A DNA stretch of 24,078 nucleotides from an uncultured Acidimicrobiaceae bacterium (lineage in GTDB: Bacteria; Actinomycetota; Acidimicrobiia; Spongiisociales; UBA5794): positions 1 to 24,078 of the forward strand of contig CAMYIJ010000056.1 of the NCBI GenBank assembly GCA_947258375.1, written 5' to 3'. A program made the translations under genes and the position numbers. Position 1 is the stretch's first letter, and every line of letters begins with the position of its first letter. Below are positions 17,581 through 23,153 of this stretch, piece after piece. Below the pieces are notes generated by a model. That model was not told the DNA's origin, did no database searches, and saw only the letters and a program-made list of their open reading frames with translations.

Positions 17581-17608
17581 GTGTATGAGGTGTATAGATG
17601 GTGTACAC
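17581..17608. promoter_or_regulatory. three GTGTAY direct repeats ending in palindrome GTGTACAC, candidate VapB operator
   Basis: gtgtat (17581-17586), gtgtat (17590-17595), gtgtac (17601-17606, part of gtgtacac). They overlap a TATAGA -10-like hexamer (17593-17598) just upstream of, or overlapping, the vapB start. Confidence 0.3.
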
Positions 17609-17810
17609 TGACGATATGGCACGAACCAATATCGAAATCGACGAGGAACTGGTTGGCCGTGTGATGAGACGGCTCGGCGTCCACACCAAGAAGGAAGCCG
17701 TCGACCTCGCGCTACGGCACCTCGCGGGCCAGCCGATGACCATCGACGAAGCCCTGGAGATGCGGGGGGCCCACGCCATCGACGCGCCGCCGCCCGACAG
17801 CGCCCCGTGA
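17598..17810 (+). CDS. vapB: type II antitoxin VapB (VapB_antitoxin/DUF2191-like)
   Basis: MARTNIEIDEELVGRVMRRLGVHTKKEAVDLALRHL is the typical N-terminus of this antitoxin family. The start is either ATG 17598 or ATG 17616 (MARTNIEID). The stop overlaps the vapC GTG (GTGA at 17807-17810). Confidence 0.85.
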   Translation: MVYTDDMARTNIEIDEELVGRVMRRLGVHTKKEAVDLALRHLAGQPMTIDEALEMRGAHAIDAPPPDSAP

Positions 17811-18211
17811 TCCTCGTCGACACGTCGGCGTGGGTTGAGTACGACCGTGCCACGGGATCGAGTGTCGACACCGCCCTCACCGGACTGATCCGTGATGGAG
17901 GCGACGAGCTGGCCGTCAGTGAACCAGTCCTGATGGAGATTCTGGCGGGCGCCGCCGACGAGAACCGGGCGCACCAGCTCCGCCGGCTTCTCACATCCTT
18001 CGGCTGGGTCCAGGTTGATCCCGTCGCCGATTTCGAAGGCGCCTCCAGGATCTACAGAAGCTGTCGAAGCGCCGGGATCACTCCCCGCGGCCTCATCGAC
18101 TGCATGATCGCCAACGTCGCCATCCGCGGCGGCCACCAACTGCTGACCGCCGATCGCGACTTCCATGCCATGGCAACCGTCGTGCCGCTCCGCCTGGCTC
18201 CGGTCGAGTAA
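17807..18211 (+). CDS. vapC: PIN-domain toxin VapC
   Basis: PIN acidic residues are in their usual contexts: ILVDTSAW, SEPVLMEIL, IDCMIANVA, LLTADRDF. 134 aa, coupled to vapB. Confidence 0.9.
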   Translation: MILVDTSAWVEYDRATGSSVDTALTGLIRDGGDELAVSEPVLMEILAGAADENRAHQLRRLLTSFGWVQVDPVADFEGASRIYRSCRSAGITPRGLIDCMIANVAIRGGHQLLTADRDFHAMATVVPLRLAPVE

Positions 18212-18357
18212 CGCGACTGACGGACCAGCCCGCTGCGTTTCGCACCAAGCAACATCCCTGCGTCAGCCGGAGCGCGGCGTAACGCCCGAAACGTGCGAAG
18301 CGACTGCGCGCCACTCGCTATCGACCTTCATGAACGCGTTGGAACTCGAAACAGTCT

Positions 18358-18714
18358 TCACGCGATCTTGCGTTCCTCGCGGATCTCGGCGAGCACCTCG
18401 GCGGACACCGCGGCGGCGATTTCCTCGGGCTCGGTGTAGAGCGGGCCGAACGTGTAGCCGCCATCGGGTGTCCGCTGCACCGTCGGTCGGCCAAAGGCGA
18501 CTCCGTAGCGCGGGATTGGCGACCTCACGTGCAGCCGGCCCCGACGCCAGGCCAGCGTCACCAACAGTCGGGTTACGTGCCGCTTCAGCGCAAGCAACTC
18601 CTGCTGCTCATCACCCATCGGTCGGGTCCATGTTGAGCGAAGCCCGCGTTTCACGACGCGGATTCGATCCTCGGCATCGCGGATCAGAGTTCGTAGGGTT
18701 TCGGTTTCATTCAT
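18358..18714 (-). CDS. hypothetical 118-aa protein, translationally coupled to the PTH2-like gene
   Basis: The ATG at 18714 overlaps the upstream stop by 8 nt (ATGAATGA) and is preceded by AAAGGAG. There is a predicted helical N-terminus (ETLRTLIRDAEDRIRVVKRGL, ELLALKRHVTRLLVTLAWRRG). No family recognised. Confidence 0.55.
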   Translation of the reverse strand: MNETETLRTLIRDAEDRIRVVKRGLRSTWTRPMGDEQQELLALKRHVTRLLVTLAWRRGRLHVRSPIPRYGVAFGRPTVQRTPDGGYTFGPLYTEPEEIAAAVSAEVLAEIREERKIA

Positions 18715-19021
18715 CAGTTGCTCCTTTCAGCAACGGGAGATGACCAACGGCGCGTTTGAGCCGCCGATCAGCTCGGTGAGCGGGTTCGATGCCGATAGCC
18801 ATGGCGGCACCCAGATACGGGGCGTCGGGCTCTCGGATCAAGCGAAATGGGAGGTCACGAAGCTCGAGGCGTTCGGCTACAGCCAGGAGGGATGCCTCAT
18901 CGGGGACGGCAAGCACAACGGCGTGGGTACCGGATGGGATACCGCCGTCCGGCGCAGATTCGCCGGCGGCGTGAACGAGCTGGGCAGCGGCTATGCCGAC
19001 CGGGAGGTCGGAGCGCACCAC
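18707..19021 (-). CDS. PTH2-type (archaeal/eukaryotic-type) peptidyl-tRNA hydrolase-like protein, about 104 aa
   Basis: Aligns by eye with the Pth2 fold pattern: VVRSDLPVGIAAAQLVHAA, HAVVLAVPDEASLLAVAERLELRDLPFRLIRE, AAMAIGIEP, AVGHLPLL. The 165-aa ORF in the track (to 19204) runs through the tRNA-like element and the tandem repeats, so I place the start at the first in-frame GTG after the tRNA-like element (19021). No SD was seen. Confidence 0.6.
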   Translation of the reverse strand: MVRSDLPVGIAAAQLVHAAGESAPDGGIPSGTHAVVLAVPDEASLLAVAERLELRDLPFRLIREPDAPYLGAAMAIGIEPAHRADRRLKRAVGHLPLLKGATDE

Positions 19022-19044
19022 GCAGCAGTGGATCAGATGATTCG

Positions 19045-19119
19045 TTGCGGGGGCAGGATTCGAACCTGCGATCTCCTGGAGGCTATCCAGGCGTAGATGA
19101 CCACTTCTACTACCCCGCT
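19045..19119 (-). tRNA. atypical tRNA-like cloverleaf (possible pseudo-tRNA or tRNA mimic); nominal anticodon AGC
   Basis: Minus strand: A-GCGGGG TA GTAG AAGTGGTCAT CTAC G CCTGG ATAGCCT CCAGG AGATC GCAGG TTCGAAT CCTGC CCCCGC-A A. Six acceptor pairs plus an A1/A72 mismatch, T8, GG in the D loop, and a canonical T arm and loop. Discriminator A, no encoded CCA. The anticodon loop has A32 and a pyrimidine at 37, which is abnormal. Confidence 0.55.
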
Positions 19120-19129
19120 GTGAGGTTCC

Positions 19130-19181
19130 GGGCACAGAGGCTCTGGGTACAGAGGCTCTGGGTACAGAGGCTCTGGGTACA
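19130..19181. repeat. 15-bp tandem repeat GGGTACAGAGGCTCT, three full copies plus a 7-nt partial
   Basis: Copies at 19130-19144 (one T-to-C change), 19145-19159 and 19160-19174, with a partial copy at 19175-19181. Each unit contains the near-palindrome CAGAG-G-CTCTG. The array lies 10 nt upstream (5') of the tRNA-like element on the minus strand. Confidence 0.9.
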
Positions 19182-19283
19182 AGAGAACCCGGAGCGCGCT
19201 GCACCCGGGTTGAAGATTCGATCTCGGTTGGAAGGCTGTTTGGCGGTTTAGCCCAGCACCTACTTTGTGTTGTCTACCGTGAC

Positions 19284-19312
19284 ATTATGTGGGAAGACGC
19301 TGTGAAGGTCAA
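19284..19312 (-). promoter_or_regulatory. near-consensus sigma-70/sigma-A promoter TTGACC-N17-CATAAT
   Basis: On the minus strand: TTGACC (19312-19307), exactly 17 nt, CATAAT (19289-19284). The predicted TSS is near 19277, about 158 nt upstream of the tRNA-like 5' end. Confidence 0.5.
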
Positions 19313-19352
19313 GCAGGGCCCCGTCTTGCTCCCGTCTTGGTCCAGAACACCC

Positions 19353-20165
19353 TCACGCACGAGCGTTGACGATCTCCACGGACTCAGCTCCCGGCGGTTC
19401 CGGGTCCTCACCGGCGCGAATGGCCGCTGCGATCTCGTCGATAGCCGCCTTGCTCTCGCCCCACCCGGCGACTCGCCAGGAGTGAAGCCGATAGCCATCG
19501 GCTTCCTCCATCTCCACGATCCACGGCCGGCCGCTCAGCGCCCGATACAGGATGGTCACGCCAAAGACGATCCAGAAGGCCACGTATTGCACCAGGAACA
19601 CCAACGATGGAATCAGCACGAACACCACAAACAGCGCCACAGCGATCACCGCGGCAACAATGGCCACCCACTTGAGGATCTTGAGGAGCGCCGCCAGAGC
19701 CGCGCCGATTGCGCCGCCCCCACCTCCGCCACCGCCCCGCTTGCCGCCACCTGATGAACCACGTTTTCCTCCGCCGGACGAGCCCCGGCTGCCGCCTCCG
19801 GAGCTCCGACCACCGCCGCTTCCCCCACCGCCGCCGCCCAAGCCGCCCCAGCCACCCCAGCTACCGCTCCAACCGCCGCGCAAACCACCGATCGAACCGC
19901 CGCCCGAACCACCGCTCGAACTGCGACGCCGCTTCTTCCGCTTCGGTGGCTTCTTGTTTCGCGAGTTGTATCTCACAACGGGTGGCGTTGGCGGCTGCGT
20001 CGGGGCCGGCTTGCGCTCGACTGCCGGCTTCACCGGTGGCTCGTAATCGGGCTCGCTCTTGTCGACACCGAAACGGAATCCGAAATAGCGCGGCCGGTGC
20101 AGGAGCCAACGCCTGCCTACGATCCACTTGGTGCCGTCCGGAGATGTCACCCGGCGCTTCTGCAC
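19353..20165 (-). CDS. hypothetical membrane protein with basic/Gly-rich low-complexity linker
   Basis: GTG start with GGAGGG 4 nt upstream. Layout: N-terminal ~45 aa (SPDGTKWIVGRRWLLHRPRY), a Pro-rich stretch, a KKPPKRKKRRR basic patch, ~75 aa of Gly/Ser/Arg/Lys low complexity including the GSSGGGKR duplication, two TM helices, then a C-terminal domain (RPWIVEMEEADGYRLHSWRVAGWGESKAAIDEIAAAIRAG). Confidence 0.6.
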   Translation of the reverse strand: MQKRRVTSPDGTKWIVGRRWLLHRPRYFGFRFGVDKSEPDYEPPVKPAVERKPAPTQPPTPPVVRYNSRNKKPPKRKKRRRSSSGGSGGGSIGGLRGGWSGSWGGWGGLGGGGGGSGGGRSSGGGSRGSSGGGKRGSSGGGKRGGGGGGGGAIGAALAALLKILKWVAIVAAVIAVALFVVFVLIPSLVFLVQYVAFWIVFGVTILYRALSGRPWIVEMEEADGYRLHSWRVAGWGESKAAIDEIAAAIRAGEDPEPPGAESVEIVNARA

Positions 20166-20240
20166 ATCACCCTCCGCCCGCTGTCATGGCCTGTTGTAGC
20201 ATCTTTGTGGCCGCCGGAGATCACTATCGCGAGGAGGGCT

Positions 20241-21047
20241 ATGCGGGCTGGACACCGTCTCGCCACGATCACCAGCGTCGTGGTGGCGCTCAACCTGGTC
20301 CTCGCTACGGCGACGATGGCCCAGGTCACACCGGATGATGTGGTCGCCGGCCTCGACGCGGGCGTCTATATCCAGGCTGGTGCGGAGTCGGTTGACGTCG
20401 ACCGGCTCGCCACCGTGAGGGCCGCAGCGGCGACCGAGGACATCGACCTCCATGTCATTGTTCTCGCCGACTCTGTCGACGCCGTGTCCTTCGCCCAGAC
20501 ACTCAACGACCGGATCCCCGGAACCATCCTCGTATTCACTCCCGATGAATACGGCGCCTCGAGCAGCGATCTCGGCCAGGGACGGATGGACGACGCGCTC
20601 GACGATGCATCCGACGAGCTGGCAGGCGACGACATCGTTGCCGGCGCCTCCGCATTTGTCGCTGCGGCCACGCCGACGAGCCGGCCATGGGCCCTTCTGA
20701 TCGCTGCCGGCCTTCTGCTGCTGGTCGTCGTGGCGGTCGTCGGCCGCAGGGTCGAACGGAGGGCAAGCGCCGGGCGTCGTGCTGCGGCACTGGCCGGGCG
20801 ATGGGCAGAGCTCCAGCAAAGGGCCGATGCCATGTCGGACCCGGTTCTCGAATTGTCAACACGAGTCGAGATCGACGGACGTCCCGAGATCGCCGATCGG
20901 TACCGGGCGGCTGCTTCGCGCTACGGCGAATTGACCGACGAGCTCGCCCGGAGCCCTGAGGCGAGCAGAGTGGATGGCCTCGACCAAAGCCTCGCCGAGG
21001 TCGAGCGGGAGCTCGCAGCGCTGCGGTCGGAGGCCACGACGTCGTGA
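20241..21047 (+). CDS. hypothetical secreted/membrane protein (signal peptide, ~150-aa ectodomain, one TM helix, cytoplasmic coiled-coil tail)
   Basis: The ATG at 20241 is preceded by GAGGAGGG. Signal-like N-terminus MRAGHRLATITSVVVALNLVLATATMA and TM helix PWALLIAAGLLLLVVVAVVG. The ectodomain pattern (IDLHVIVLADSVD...GTILVFTPDEYG) loosely resembles TPM-fold proteins, which is a weak call. The longest ORF starts at 20097. Confidence 0.55.
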   Translation: MRAGHRLATITSVVVALNLVLATATMAQVTPDDVVAGLDAGVYIQAGAESVDVDRLATVRAAAATEDIDLHVIVLADSVDAVSFAQTLNDRIPGTILVFTPDEYGASSSDLGQGRMDDALDDASDELAGDDIVAGASAFVAAATPTSRPWALLIAAGLLLLVVVAVVGRRVERRASAGRRAAALAGRWAELQQRADAMSDPVLELSTRVEIDGRPEIADRYRAAASRYGELTDELARSPEASRVDGLDQSLAEVERELAALRSEATTS

Positions 21048-21823
21048 CCCAGGAGTTCCTCACCCGCCAGCAGCGCGAGCAGCGGGCCGCCGATGAGGTG
21101 GCTGAGCAGCTCGACGCCCTCAGCCGGCCGATGGCCGAGCGGGTGCTGGGGCGCGCTATCGAGCTGGACTCCGACGCTCGAGCCGCTGCGGAAGCCGCCG
21201 CCGACACGATTGACTACGACATGCTGCGCGACGTCGCCCTCGAGGTCGGTATCTCGGAGGAGGCGTTGAAGAAGGCGCTCCTCGAGGAGCTCGACACCGA
21301 AAAGGACCACGACGCCCGGCCGGTGGAGCGAGCAACGGTCCCCGACGTCGTACGCGGCGGCATGATCGTCTCCGGTTTTGCTGAGGAAGTTGCCCAGCGT
21401 CTGCGCGACTACCTCGAACGGGTCGAGGGTCTCGAGCAACGCCGCCAAAGTGGCCCAATGTCCGAGTGGGCGCCGCCCCGCCTCCAAGACGCCCGGCCGG
21501 CACAGACGTGGACCGTTACGCAGCACCGCAAGGACCGCCAACTCGTCGAGATCGACCTGACGACCGCCGGTGCCCGTAAGAAGTTCTGGCGCTGGATGAT
21601 GACGCTCGTCGTCATCAGTTTCATCTTCGGCACCCCGCTTGGTGGGCTCATCGGGCTCGGGATCTTCATCGCCGGCGTCGTGGCGGTGGTCGGCTGGATC
21701 AAGCGGATCGGTCGCAAGGCCCGGCACAGCGTGAACCGGGCCCTCAGCGCTATCGCCGACGACGGCACCTCCGACGAGCCGAACAGCTGGCTCGAAGTAT
21801 GGGAGCGACTGCAGCAACGGTGA
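21044..21823 (+). CDS. hypothetical protein with C-terminal two-helix membrane hairpin
   Basis: The GTG start overlaps the upstream stop (GTGA at 21044-21047). It has an acidic helical N-terminal half, then WRWMMTLVVISFIFGTPLGGLIGLGIFIAGVVAVVGWI. Confidence 0.5.
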   Translation: MTQEFLTRQQREQRAADEVAEQLDALSRPMAERVLGRAIELDSDARAAAEAAADTIDYDMLRDVALEVGISEEALKKALLEELDTEKDHDARPVERATVPDVVRGGMIVSGFAEEVAQRLRDYLERVEGLEQRRQSGPMSEWAPPRLQDARPAQTWTVTQHRKDRQLVEIDLTTAGARKKFWRWMMTLVVISFIFGTPLGGLIGLGIFIAGVVAVVGWIKRIGRKARHSVNRALSAIADDGTSDEPNSWLEVWERLQQR

Positions 21824-21867
21824 CACCGGTTCCCGGCACGGGCGCCGCGTGTCGTGACCGGCCAGAG

Positions 21868-22785
21868 TCAAGCGGAGCGCTTGTAGGCGCCGGGACGCAT
21901 GCCCATGACGCGGAGAAAGGCGTTACTGAACGCCGCCTCCGTCTTGTACCCGACTCGGCGCCCTGCGGCTGCCGCCGAGGCGCCCTGTTCGCGAAGCAGC
22001 CGGGTGGCGATGTGGATGCGCCAGCGAGTGAGGTACCCGGCGGGAGTTTCTCCAACGGCATGCCGGAAGCGAGCGAAGAATGCGGACCGAGACAGGCCCG
22101 CCGCCCGAGCCAGCTCGTCGGCCGTCCATTGCCGGGTGGGGTCGGCGTGAATCAGGCCCAACGCGTCAGCGATCGCCTCATCGGCCAACGCGCCTAGCCA
22201 TCCACCCTCACCGGCGCCGAGACTGTTGATGTAGCTGCGCAGGATGTAGATAGTGAGCACGTCGGTGAGGCGAGCGACCACTGCATCGGTGCCGGCGACG
22301 GGCCGATCGACTTCGTTCGCAATGAGCGCAATCAGCGACTCGACCACATTTCCGATGCGACCGTCTTCGTCTCCGACGTGAATCATCGGAGGCAAGCTCG
22401 AGAACACCGGATGAGCCTCCGCCCGATCGTAGGTGACGCGCCCGCAAATCAGCGACGTGGCTGCTCCCCCTCCATCAACTACCAGGCGGCCCATTCCGCG
22501 TTCGTCGACGCTCGTCAGAAGACCGATCGGCTTGGTGGGTGTCATGGCCGTGTCAGTCATCAGATGATTGCTGCCGAAGGGGAAGAAGACGATGTCTCCG
22601 CGGTCTAGCACCACCGGATCGCCTCCGTCGGCCAGGCGGACCCAAGCCCTGCCCCGAACCACGGCATGGAAGATGCCGCTCTCCAGCTTGCCCGATTCGA
22701 CTCCCCACGGGGCCGTGAGGGCCGCGCGAGAGAACACGGAGCCGGTCATGCGAACCGAGCGCAGTATGTCTGTGAGTGCATCCAT
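21868..22785 (-). CDS. AraC-family transcriptional regulator with N-terminal cupin-type sensor domain
   Basis: The N-terminus MDALTDILRSVRMTGSVFSRAALTAPWGV is typical of cupin_6-type AraC regulators. The C-terminal double HTH includes WTADELARAAGLSRSAFFARFRHAVGETPAGYLTRWRIHIATRLL and VGYKTEAAFSNAFLRVMGMRPGAY. Confidence 0.9.
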   Translation of the reverse strand: MDALTDILRSVRMTGSVFSRAALTAPWGVESGKLESGIFHAVVRGRAWVRLADGGDPVVLDRGDIVFFPFGSNHLMTDTAMTPTKPIGLLTSVDERGMGRLVVDGGGAATSLICGRVTYDRAEAHPVFSSLPPMIHVGDEDGRIGNVVESLIALIANEVDRPVAGTDAVVARLTDVLTIYILRSYINSLGAGEGGWLGALADEAIADALGLIHADPTRQWTADELARAAGLSRSAFFARFRHAVGETPAGYLTRWRIHIATRLLREQGASAAAAGRRVGYKTEAAFSNAFLRVMGMRPGAYKRSA

Positions 22786-22893
22786 GAAATCAATGCTTGG
22801 ACGATTTGATAAGAAGAGTGGATCTATTGCTATTCACACATCCCTAGTGCCAGATTACGTTACGAACCAACACAACGTCAAGAGGAGGCGATC

Positions 22894-23145
22894 ATGTCAA
22901 ACGTATGGGTGCCGACGGTGGCCAACTTCTTCCTGCCCGGCCTGGGCTACCTCATTGCCGGGATCAAGCGACCTCTAGCCGTACTCTGGTTGGTTGGTGT
23001 CATCGGGCTCACCTACGTCGAGTTCGGAATCCGCGACCCGGAGCCCACCCTCTACGGGATCATGTTTGCCAGCGTCCTGGTGATGAACATCGCCTTCGCT
23101 GTGGACGTGTACCAGCAGGTACGCCAAGGCGAGCCGGCCGGATAG
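22894..23145 (+). CDS. small membrane protein (83 aa, two to three TM helices)
   Basis: The ATG is preceded by AAGAGGAGG with a 5-nt spacer. Hydrophobic segments: VANFFLPGLGYLIAG, LAVLWLVGVIGLTYV, IMFASVLVMNIAFAV. It is divergent from the AraC gene across an AT-richer 108-bp spacer. Confidence 0.55.
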   Translation: MSNVWVPTVANFFLPGLGYLIAGIKRPLAVLWLVGVIGLTYVEFGIRDPEPTLYGIMFASVLVMNIAFAVDVYQQVRQGEPAG

Positions 23146-23153
23146 CCGACAGG

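Noticed and set aside
18212-18357. Possible bidirectional terminator or sRNA between vapC and the 118-aa gene
   Set aside because: Only short imperfect stems (for example GCGACTG/CACTCGC with a mismatch) are present, nothing comparable to the perfect hairpins at 7382-7405 or 17507-17557.
19130-19181. Possible CRISPR array
   Set aside because: The 15-nt units are directly abutting with no spacers, are far shorter than CRISPR repeats, and no cas genes are present.
19022-19204. N-terminal 61 codons of the 165-aa ORF 18707..19204 (MQRAPGSLVPRASVPRASVPRASVP...LQEIAGSNPAPAT...)
   Set aside because: This part is the read-through translation of the 15-bp tandem repeats (RASVP x3) and of the tRNA-like T arm (GSNP from GGTTCGAATCC), a classic spurious-ORF signature. 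Pth2-like similarity begins only at VVRSDL.
19205-19245. TCGAATC / GAGATCG echo of the tRNA-like T arm in the leader, possibly an att-type partial duplication from an integration event
   Set aside because: Only 7-nt matches were found, which could arise by chance. No integrase, excisionase or longer direct repeat is visible in the window.
19730-19800. DNA-level tandem repeat underlying the GSSGGGKR duplication in the Gly-rich protein
   Set aside because: The two copies are imperfect at the nucleotide level and lie inside a plausible coding frame. I treated this as protein low complexity rather than as a separate repeat feature.
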